Origin: a virus
Taxonomy: Duplodnaviria; Caudoviricetes
DNA: 64,000 nt
Virus record (IMG/VR): IMGVR_UViG_3300037454_000475
Location: 32,001 to 96,000 of that record
Strand: one strand, 5' to 3'
Made by a program: the position numbers and the translations under genes. Of the stretch, positions 16,143 to 23,341 are shown piece by piece (positions within the stretch are counted from its first letter, which is position 1; each line of letters opens with the position of its first letter). A model generated the notes under the pieces. It saw nothing but the letters and a program-made list of their open reading frames with translations. It did not search any database and was not told where the DNA came from.

Positions 16143-16540
16143 TGGAGCCGCTTTCGAGTGATCCCGGACACTACCCCGGCGGGCGCGGCATACCCATATG
16201 TGTTTGTGCGATTGTATCCTATAAAAGGTGGGTGAGAACTACGCCCTCACCCGTGGCTGTGCTTCGGTGCCTAACTTTAGGCAGCGATAGCCATTTCAGT
16301 ACGTGCGCCAGTTATTGCGCGGACACCATCTCTTTTGTTCCTTCGGCCGCTGTCAAAACCAAACACCCCCATATGAGAAGGTTTATACGATACCTACAAA
16401 CGTTTGGGGACACCGTATGGCATCGATCCACCACCGATTTTTACGAAATCGGAAACGTCTTTAATTGGCGAAAGAGTGGAGGTGACGGGAGTCGAACCCG
16501 TGTCCAAACGGATTATCTAACAAAATACAAACGATTGTGC
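16143..16540 (-). ncRNA. ssrA: Circularly permuted (two-piece) tmRNA; tag (A)GARTEMAIAA
   Basis: Acceptor piece ...GGACACGGGTTCGACTCCCGTCACCTCCA (ends 16477) precedes GGGGGTGTTTGGTTTTGAC (starts 16370); G3:U70; ATAACT then tag ORF 16309-16277. Confidence 0.9.
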
Positions 16541-16544
16541 CATG

Positions 16545-16618
16545 CGGTGTTGAAGGGGCTCGAACCCTCGACCTCCGCCGTGACAGGGCGGCATTCTAAC
16601 CAGCTGAACTACAACACC
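16545..16618 (-). tRNA. tRNA-Asp(GTC)
   Basis: CCGCC-CT GTC AC-GGCGG. Confidence 0.96.
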
Positions 16619-16626
16619 ATATAGAA

Positions 16627-16719
16627 ATCCAACTCAAAAATCCGTAGACGTGGGGGTGAAAAAGGAAAGGAGGTGACCCACAAGCCGTTCGTTCGGCATC
16701 GGATTAAAACCTGTTGGAT
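16627..16719 (-). ncRNA. Structured small RNA with anti-Shine-Dalgarno loop
   Basis: ATCCAAC/GTTGGAT, AATCCG/CGGATT, GTGGG/CCCAC enclosing TCACCTCCTTTCC. Confidence 0.6.
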
Positions 16720-16741
16720 ACTGCGGACGCAGTGGTTTTTG

Positions 16742-16814
16742 CGGGATCAGAAGGAATCGAACCTTCAACCTACGGATTAACAGTCCGGTGCTCTACCGAT
16801 TGAGCTATGAACCC
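16742..16814 (-). tRNA. tRNA-Asn(GTT)
   Basis: Loop CT GTT AA; G73. Confidence 0.94.
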
Positions 16815-16874
16815 ATATTTTGCAGATTTTATTGTCAGCTGGTAACGTCTGCAAACCTTACTGACAACCTTTCG

Positions 16875-16948
16875 CGGGGGAGGTGGGGATCGAACCCACG
16901 ACCATGTGCTTAACGGGCACCCGCTACGACCAACCGAGCTCCTCCCCC
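16875..16948 (-). tRNA. tRNA-Asn(GTT), atypical (G8, C33)
   Basis: Loop CC GTT AA. Confidence 0.85.
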
Positions 16949-16959
16949 ATTATTAAAAG

Positions 16960-17032
16960 TACCACCGGTGGGATTCGAACCCACAACCTCACGGTTAAGA
17001 GCCGCGAGCTCTGCCAATTGAGCTACGGAGGT
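16960..17032 (-). tRNA. tRNA-Lys(CTT)
   Basis: CGCGG-CT CTT AA-CCGTG. Confidence 0.94.
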
Positions 17033-17112
17033 ATGATGATCGGATATTGTAGCATTAGGTACAAGTGCACCCTGAGGCATGTTTCACCTCGGATCTCGGC
17101 ATATCCGATTTG

Positions 17113-17185
17113 TGCTCCCGGTGGGACTCGAACCCACAACTCCCACATTAAAAGTGTGGTACTCTGCCAGTTGAGTTACGAAAGC
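17113..17185 (-). tRNA. tRNA-Lys(TTT)
   Basis: CCACA-CT TTT AA-TGTGG. Confidence 0.95.
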
Positions 17186-17236
17186 CTACTGTTTACCTGA
17201 TTTGTCGTCTTCCACGACAGTGCGTTTTCGTCTCAT
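17186..17236 (-). CDS. Leader mini-ORF MRRKRTVVEDDKSGKQ
   Basis: A-rich start context; paralog of 17345-17404; TAG stop abuts tRNA-Lys. Confidence 0.5.
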   Translation of the reverse strand: MRRKRTVVEDDKSGKQ

Positions 17237-17278
17237 GTTATTAATTTTTTATTTGTTTCAGTTTAAGTGTGACTTAAT

Positions 17279-17354
17279 TGGTGCTCCCGCAGGGACTCGA
17301 ACCCTGAACTCCCGGAGTAAAAGTCCGGTACTCTACCAATTAAGTTACGAGAGC
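17279..17354 (-). tRNA. tRNA-Lys(TTT), CCA encoded
   Basis: CCGGA-CT TTT AC-TCCGG. Confidence 0.95.
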
Positions 17355-17404
17355 CAACGTTTACCTGATTTACCGTCCTTTACGGCTTTACGTTTTCGTC
17401 TCAT
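17345..17404 (-). CDS. Leader mini-ORF MRRKRKAVKDGKSGKRWLS
   Basis: A-rich start context; stop lies inside tRNA-Lys. Confidence 0.5.
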   Translation of the reverse strand: MRRKRKAVKDGKSGKRWLS

Positions 17405-17444
17405 AGCTTAAATGTTTATTTGATTGTTGTTCGCCCTTTAATTA

Positions 17445-17838
17445 AAAACACCCTACGAACGTTGTACTCGGCAACCTCGGATATTGTGGAGGGCCCATCC
17501 ACGGTTTTGACCAGCTAAAGTTTGATGGTGCTTGGTATCCCAATCTCCACTTGCTCGCCTGCGGATGGCGGATGCCGCTGTGGCCCGGCAACTGGCAACG
17601 GAGTACCCATCCGATCAGGGCCGTGCTGTTCCTTGGCCAACACGGATACCATTTAGACCTCCAATAGTTATCGAAACCTGAAGTATCCACCTACCATCAG
17701 GGGAAGTTTGCAACCTTCCCGGGAATCCAGTTTCAACCTCCCGTCCTTTACACCACCTCGCGCATTTCACGGATCAGCCTTCTCCGGAGTTGCCTTCGCT
17801 CTCACGGCCGCGTGGTTCCACGGATTGGAGTATTGTTT
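17445..17838 (-). ncRNA. Candidate ~390-nt structured RNA
   Basis: GC-rich non-coding interval with multiple hairpins. Confidence 0.4.
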
Positions 17839-17841
17839 CTG

Positions 17842-18009
17842 TGATCTCGGTGGGAGTTGAACCCACATTACCATAATCGTTTGCTTTACCACTGCAATGG
17901 TGGGGCGACTAACACGCGTTGTCGCGCTGTCCTCCCCCAAACTTTCAGGTACTACCACTATATCCCAGTGTGAATCTGTTGCAGCATCATCTCTTTGGAG
18001 TACGAGACC
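17842..18009 (-). ncRNA. tRNA scaffold with multiple inserts
   Basis: GGTCTCG/CGAGATC; GTGGG-TTCAACT-CCCAC; expanded D region and extra hairpin. Confidence 0.7.
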
Positions 18010-18020
18010 TTTTAAATATG

Positions 18021-18157
18021 CACCAAGACGAGGATTCGAACCTCGGCCTCAATGTCCTCTCGGGCATTGTATTCTGTCCTCTTTCCATCGTGGCAACTCC
18101 GGCCGGCTGTACAACCAGCTTATTGGTCTTACCACGACTTCATCTAACTACCTTGAT
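18021..18157 (-). ncRNA. tRNA scaffold with ~65-nt D-loop insert and GAGA-capped anticodon arm
   Basis: ATCAAGG/TCTTGGT; CAATGCCC-GAGA-GGACATTG; CGAGG-TTCGAAT-CCTCG. Confidence 0.7.
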
Positions 18158-18341
18158 TGATTGATTATTTCCCTCACTCATCAACCGGTGGTGATTCGCG
18201 ACTCACCACCCGACCCTATTTGCCGGTTCAAACTCTACCGGTGTCGGCTGATTACGTTACGCGGGAGAAGCTACCTCCCTGGAAGGTACTCTACCTTCCC
18301 AAACAGAATTGTTTGTTATGAATGAGTTATTTCCTCAACTT

Positions 18342-18414
18342 GTGGATTGGTGGGATTCGATACCCACATCACGCGGTTGCATACGACCGGAATATTACTT
18401 ATACTTACAATCCA
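18342..18414 (-). ncRNA. tRNA-like RNA with 8-nt T and AC loops
   Basis: TGGATTG/CAATCCA; GTGGG-TATCGAAT-CCCAC. Confidence 0.65.
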
Positions 18415-18720
18415 TCGGCCTCGAGATTACCATACGTTTCTCCTGTTGGCTGTGCACACCAACAACTCCCCTACGGACGCCATCCTCTGTACTCTGTTGA
18501 CTTTCGGTTTACTGCAGCACCTACATGGTCCAACGTTTCCGTGACTTTACGCGACTGGCTCTTGTGAGAAGACCTCGTTATTATCGGACGCTTTTGCATC
18601 GATTCTTTGTCCGATTGCCTCTTAACCTTGTGTTACGCCTGTGTTCCGGTGGCCGGAGTGGTATCTCCCAATCGAGCTTTTGTACCACTGCTAACACTGC
18701 TCTGAAGAGATTCAAACTTG

Positions 18721-18793
18721 AGCGAAGAATGGGACTCGAACCCACGATCTCGACCTTGGCAAGGTCATATTCTACCAACTGAACTACCTTCGC
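18721..18793 (-). tRNA. tRNA-Gly(GCC)
   Basis: Loop TT GCC AA. Confidence 0.95.
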
Positions 18794-18908
18794 ACCGTGG
18801 GGAGGCGATATCTCATCTACCTCCCCGTATATCTTGATCAGCCTTTGACCCACGGTTAATATTCCAGTGAAGGGCAAACCGCATATTATTTCAGGTTGTT
18901 TCGGCTGA

Positions 18909-18947
18909 ATAAGAATCAATCAAATGTCTCCCAATATGTCAAAGAAC
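18909..18947 (-). promoter_or_regulatory. rrn-like leader with boxA (copy 1)
   Basis: 39-bp identity with 11535-11573; preceded by a GGAAC/GTTCC hairpin. Confidence 0.75.
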
Positions 18948-18992
18948 CCTTGTTTTATGTTGGTTGGAACGTTTTATCGTTCCTTTCAACGT

Positions 18993-19024
18993 CTATATAT
19001 AATCAACCTCCTGCGAAACTTAAC
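18993..19024 (-). promoter_or_regulatory. Putative phage promoter GTTAA-N17-TTATATATAG
   Basis: Exact motif. Confidence 0.8.
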
Positions 19025-19091
19025 ACTCTATCGAAACTTTTTTGAAACTTTTTTGTTTTTTGTTCATTTGCAAGTATTTATAATAGGTATT

Positions 19092-19123
19092 AAAAAAGGT
19101 CATCCGTTTTTGCGAATGACCTT
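19092..19123 (-). terminator. Attenuator terminator upstream of the tRNA island
   Basis: AAGGTCATTCG-CAAAAA-CGGATGACCTT followed by a T run. Confidence 0.85.
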
Positions 19124-19149
19124 CTTGTGTGGGGGTTATATTTCAAATT

Positions 19150-19158
19150 GTCATTCGC
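19150..19158 (-). promoter_or_regulatory. Antiterminator strand GCGAATGAC
   Basis: Perfect 9-bp complement of the terminator 5' arm GTCATTCGC; starts 6 nt after the leader stop. Confidence 0.7.
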
Positions 19159-19164
19159 CTTCTT

Positions 19165-19287
19165 CTATCCCCCTTGCTTGGCATCATAGCCGCAAAATCC
19201 TTCATTACCGAGTACAATGGCGGTATTCATGGCTGCTGGGCGGCTCCATGATTGTTTCAATGTCATTGTATGTAGGGATAAATTCAT
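19165..19287 (-). CDS. Putative attenuator leader peptide (40 aa, all 20 amino acids)
   Basis: MNLSLHTMTLKQSWSRPAAMNTAIVLGNEGFCGYDAKQGG then TAG; A-rich start context. Confidence 0.7.
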   Translation of the reverse strand: MNLSLHTMTLKQSWSRPAAMNTAIVLGNEGFCGYDAKQGG

Positions 19288-19354
19288 CGAATGATTTTTA
19301 ATTCTTTCTAATATGGATAATAGGACAGGTTTTTTAAGTTTTTAACTTTTTTGC

Positions 19355-19396
19355 AAAAAAATAATGGAGACCATTGCTGATCCCCATTATATTTTT
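19355..19396 (-). terminator. Terminator after the OmpA gene
   Basis: ATAATGGGGA...TCTCCATTAT followed by a T run. Confidence 0.65.
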
Positions 19397-19412
19397 GATC
19401 TCCGTGGTTTCG

Positions 19413-20468
19413 TTATTCACGGGTGATCGTTGCGCACCTTGAAAGCTCAACAGTGTCATAGGCATCCAACTTCGTGGTAACCTGAATGTTGGTATACCCA
19501 TTCTGCTCAAGGATGGCTTTCACTGCGGCGGCACGGGCGTTAGCCAAATCGGAGTTGTAATTCTCGGTTCCGGTCTTCGTATCGGCGGATCCAACAATCA
19601 CGATGTTGGCGTTCTTGTCAACATTGGCCATAAAGATATCCAAACGCTGCATCTCCGTGGTAGTAATGGTTGAGCTATTCTTTGCGAAGGTAAGAAGTGT
19701 GTTGTTGGTGTTCACCTCAACAATCTTCTCAACAATCTTTTCGACAATAACGGTATCTCTCTCCACCTCACGGTTCATACATCTCATGCATTCATCGTAC
19801 ATGGTGTAAAGCTCCGAGTATTGCTGGTCGGTATACGTCTTATCGCAGATCACGAAGTTATGGGAACCGGTCTTATTTGACTTAAATCGATAAGCCACGC
19901 CGATGTTGGCCTGAAGATCCGCATGCTTTACCATTGGTTCGATGTGACGGGACTGGAGGATTTCGTGAGATACGACTTGAGGTGTAAACGTAATGTACCA
20001 AGCGCGTTCTTTACCTAAATTGAAATCAAATTCGAGGCCGGCGTTCAATGATATATCGTTGGGGTTACTTGAGTTGAACATATGATCCCATCCGATACCG
20101 GTTACGGTTTGAATTTCAAAAATCCTTGGTTGGCCTTTGTACCCGGCAAACAAATTCATTAGGTTGAACTTGACGTTTCCGTTCAAATTCGTTGCACTGA
20201 TGGCAAAACCGTCCTCGAAGTTAGGTCTCATGTATCCAACCAACGAAAACCCGGTGATAGGGGTAACGTTCTTGCCAAGTTCAAGACCGGCGTTCCAGTC
20301 CAAGGTATTGAACTCAAAATTATCGTAGTTGGAAACAGGGTTGTGAATGGCACCGCCATTGATGCCAACATACATGTTGGAAAAAACACCACCGCGTTCA
20401 ACGGTTTGAGCATTTGTGATTGTGAAAGCCATAAACAAGGCGATCATCAAAGAAATAATTTTCTTCAT
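19413..20468 (-). CDS. OmpA-family outer membrane protein (Bacteroidales type)
   Basis: Signal peptide, beta-barrel region, C-terminal F..NS...GSAD..G...YN..L...RA..V motif. Confidence 0.9.
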   Translation of the reverse strand: MKKIISLMIALFMAFTITNAQTVERGGVFSNMYVGINGGAIHNPVSNYDNFEFNTLDWNAGLELGKNVTPITGFSLVGYMRPNFEDGFAISATNLNGNVKFNLMNLFAGYKGQPRIFEIQTVTGIGWDHMFNSSNPNDISLNAGLEFDFNLGKERAWYITFTPQVVSHEILQSRHIEPMVKHADLQANIGVAYRFKSNKTGSHNFVICDKTYTDQQYSELYTMYDECMRCMNREVERDTVIVEKIVEKIVEVNTNNTLLTFAKNSSTITTTEMQRLDIFMANVDKNANIVIVGSADTKTGTENYNSDLANARAAAVKAILEQNGYTNIQVTTKLDAYDTVELSRCATITRE

Positions 20469-20696
20469 AGTGATTTAATTTTTTATTACGATTAAAGTTT
20501 ATTTGTAAGGTATGTTATAAAATAGAAAAAGTTTTCAGGATTTTTCAATAAACATTGTGTTTATCGAGCACTTCCATAACCAAGTTTTCCGTAACATGCT
20601 CTGAACGAGCAATTTCTGCAATCGTGCATGGCTCGTTTATATACATATATATTATACTGTCGATCTGATCCCTGGTGAGATCCTTATAATTTGATA

Positions 20697-20972
20697 TCAT
20701 GGTTTGGCCTTTTTTCTTTGTATGTGATAAACATATAGGAGTTCAATCCGGTTATTTCCGTATCGCCTTATGTATAAATCCGCCAAATCTCCGGTCTTAC
20801 GTCTCCTGAATGATATCCGATAGTCCTCGAAAAATTCAACGGTGGAATTATCGCAGATATAATCCAAATCCTCCCCGAGATATTCGATATCCGGATTGTC
20901 ATTTGTTTTCACCACCTCCTGTAATTCCGGTAGCGTATACTTCTTTCCAAATAACCGGACTTTTTCCTTCAT
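20697..20972 (-). CDS. Hypothetical protein
   Basis: 91-aa ORF tightly coupled to the upstream gene. Confidence 0.7.
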   Translation of the reverse strand: MKEKVRLFGKKYTLPELQEVVKTNDNPDIEYLGEDLDYICDNSTVEFFEDYRISFRRRKTGDLADLYIRRYGNNRIELLYVYHIQRKKAKP

Positions 20973-20973
20973 A

Positions 20974-21651
20974 TTATTTCCACTCGATCAGCTCATGGCC
21001 GTTATCAGTGTCCAGTACAAAAGCCTTACGGCAATCCAAACAAGCGAACTCGTTGGTGATTATAGGGTTTTCCATTTGCTGGGTATGCCCGAAGATTTGA
21101 TATAATCCTTCGATCTTGGAAGAATCATAGTATTCATCCACATCCCCCCATACACAACTGCCACATTTTTCCCAGCCACCTCTATACGGGGATACCTGCA
21201 TCAATGCGTTGTACATTTCGGGGGACATATTGGCGATGTCACAATTCAATAAATCCTCGATGGTGAGGTTATTTGCCTGCAACCATAACGGAAGTACACC
21301 GGAATGGGAGAATAGGATATCACCATCTTTATGGGCGAGCTTGAGGTTCATCCGGACAAGGTATCCGTGGATCTCATCCTTATGATAACGGTCAAATCTG
21401 TCCGCCATGTTACCCATAATATAATTACCATCGTGGTTACCGAATAGGCATACCACCTTATCCGGATGGGTTTCTATGAACGGAACAAGATTATCACGGA
21501 GACGGTGACGGGATGTATCCGTGCTTACTTGGAAGGTATATGGGTCGTGATAATCGCCCAAGAATATGACCTTGTCAAATTCATCAATGTGTTCGCATGG
21601 TTTCATCCAAAAATCACGGCCATGCACATCCGGTATAACGAGTATTTTCAT
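20974..21651 (-). CDS. Calcineurin-like metallophosphoesterase
   Basis: DVHG, GDYHD, GNHD, HSG and FGHT motifs. Confidence 0.92.
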   Translation of the reverse strand: MKILVIPDVHGRDFWMKPCEHIDEFDKVIFLGDYHDPYTFQVSTDTSRHRLRDNLVPFIETHPDKVVCLFGNHDGNYIMGNMADRFDRYHKDEIHGYLVRMNLKLAHKDGDILFSHSGVLPLWLQANNLTIEDLLNCDIANMSPEMYNALMQVSPYRGGWEKCGSCVWGDVDEYYDSSKIEGLYQIFGHTQQMENPIITNEFACLDCRKAFVLDTDNGHELIEWK

Positions 21652-21908
21652 ATCTTTTTGAGTTTGCGTCCATAATAATTATCCATATAACGGAGTTCCG
21701 GAAACAACCTGTAAAAACGTTTCCACGTGGATCTGCCGCGTTTCAGTGACGGAATCCGGATGGAAAACGGAGTATGCCGTCCGTAATGCCAGTCGGCGGG
21801 ATCCGGAACAAACCGGGGACGGTCTTTGTCGGAACTATTATTAAAGTATCCGTTGTTGTCCTTGTATACCGGTTTGGGCATCCGCTTATATTTCCAATAG
21901 TCTCTCAT
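21648..21908 (-). CDS. Hypothetical basic protein
   Basis: ATGA overlaps with both neighbours. Confidence 0.7.
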   Translation of the reverse strand: MRDYWKYKRMPKPVYKDNNGYFNNSSDKDRPRFVPDPADWHYGRHTPFSIRIPSLKRGRSTWKRFYRLFPELRYMDNYYGRKLKKI

Positions 21909-22294
21909 TGGGTTCTTTCCGTGAGTTCGTACACGACTCCGTCAATAACGATGGTTTTCTTTCCGGTGGAATCCTCCGTGACATCCTGTTCCTCCGGTTC
22001 CGGCGAATTGATGATTGCCGCATGAATCGTATCGTCCAGCTCGTATTCATTCCATACCCACCCCGGGAGGCTATCGATGCAACAGTCGTAACGTTTACCG
22101 TTCGCGGTTTTTGTCAACTGAAGCGTGCAGATGTATCCATCTTCCGTGAGGTACCTCGTTTTACTCCTTACACTAAATCCATCATATACGTTGAGGACTT
22201 CAGTTACATCCTGCCTTTCCGTCATGCGTTTTTCGGAATTTCCACAGGCGATCATCGCCAAACACAGTGCGATACAAATCAATAATTTCTTCAT
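21905..22294 (-). CDS. Putative lipoprotein
   Basis: MKKLLICIALCLAMIAC lipobox. Confidence 0.75.
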   Translation of the reverse strand: MKKLLICIALCLAMIACGNSEKRMTERQDVTEVLNVYDGFSVRSKTRYLTEDGYICTLQLTKTANGKRYDCCIDSLPGWVWNEYELDDTIHAAIINSPEPEEQDVTEDSTGKKTIVIDGVVYELTERTQ

Positions 22295-22343
22295 TTCTTT
22301 AAGGTTTAGTTGTTAGTACTTTATAATATCTTCGATTTTCACC

Positions 22344-23204
22344 TTATTCTTCAGATCTTTGTTCGGATAAAACTTGTTCGCCTTGGGTTATCTCCTCCTC
22401 ACCTTCGATATTGTTGTCATATAGGAATGAACGGGACTTGGCCCTGGAGAATGCATATAGCACTGCATGGATTTTTAACTCCTCATATGTTTTTAATTCC
22501 GGATGTTCCTTCTTGGCATGCTCGAGGTTGATTGCATATTGGAAAATGGAATAGTCCACAGTATCCGGTTTGACCTGTTTGAATGTTTCCACGTTTTGAC
22601 ATCCGAGGAGGTGTACCTTTTTGCCGCACTGGCGGGCATAATTCATCATCTTACGGAACTCGTCCCGGTAAAGATGCCAATCCCTTGTCATGGCAAGACC
22701 ACCAATGGCAAGTTTGTCATATAGGTCACTCTCACAAAGACGCTTCCAGTACTCGAATCCTTGGTGCATTTTGAAAACCGGAGTCGGATACCGGCCGGTA
22801 ATCTCCTTGATTTCGTCACGGAGGTAATTCTTGGGCGAAAGAAGATCTTCATCCTTACGGAAATACTCATTATCGAGTTCAAACATCTCACATGGTTTGA
22901 CCACGCGGAGAAGTGCAAGGAATTTACGCCTCATTTTCTCACATGCTTGGTGGAACTTTTCACTATCCGCACCGTATTTGTTTTGAAGCTTGTAAAGGGT
23001 AAAACCTCCGGAGTCGAGATACAAACGTTCCTGACCAACAGTATCATATATGACCTTTGCGGCGTTCTTCGGCATATCCACGGTGGAAATCAATACGGCA
23101 TTATCAAATGTTTTCAAAAGTGTAGGGAGAACCTGTTTCCACCTACCTTTTGAACCACAGGAATATACGAGTCCGCCACCCAGTCCGTATACTAATTTAT
23201 GCAT
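22344..23204 (-). CDS. TGT-fold transglycosylase (DpdA-like)
   Basis: LYLDSGGF, LAIGGL, VHLLG and DTVD motifs of the TGT superfamily. Confidence 0.75.
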   Translation of the reverse strand: MHKLVYGLGGGLVYSCGSKGRWKQVLPTLLKTFDNAVLISTVDMPKNAAKVIYDTVGQERLYLDSGGFTLYKLQNKYGADSEKFHQACEKMRRKFLALLRVVKPCEMFELDNEYFRKDEDLLSPKNYLRDEIKEITGRYPTPVFKMHQGFEYWKRLCESDLYDKLAIGGLAMTRDWHLYRDEFRKMMNYARQCGKKVHLLGCQNVETFKQVKPDTVDYSIFQYAINLEHAKKEHPELKTYEELKIHAVLYAFSRAKSRSFLYDNNIEGEEEITQGEQVLSEQRSEE

Positions 23205-23341
23205 ATTTATTTTGTTTTCTTTTCAGTTTTATCCGGATCCTTCTTGCCTTGTTTGATTTCAAACAACCATTTTTCCGGATTGAGGAAACTTTTTATCATT
23301 TCCACGTAGTTTGAGAGATTAACTGGCATGGTGTTTTTAAT

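Noticed and set aside
17190-17410. Hammerhead- or pistol-like words (ATGAGACGAAA, ATCAGGT)
   Set aside because: The CTGATGA core and the required pairing partners are missing.
3139-19301. Dozens of 60-160-aa ORFs in the ORF track, mostly on the plus strand
   Set aside because: They are antisense to or overlap tRNAs and structured RNAs, and show typical reverse-tRNA translations (GFEP, GLEP, DSNP).
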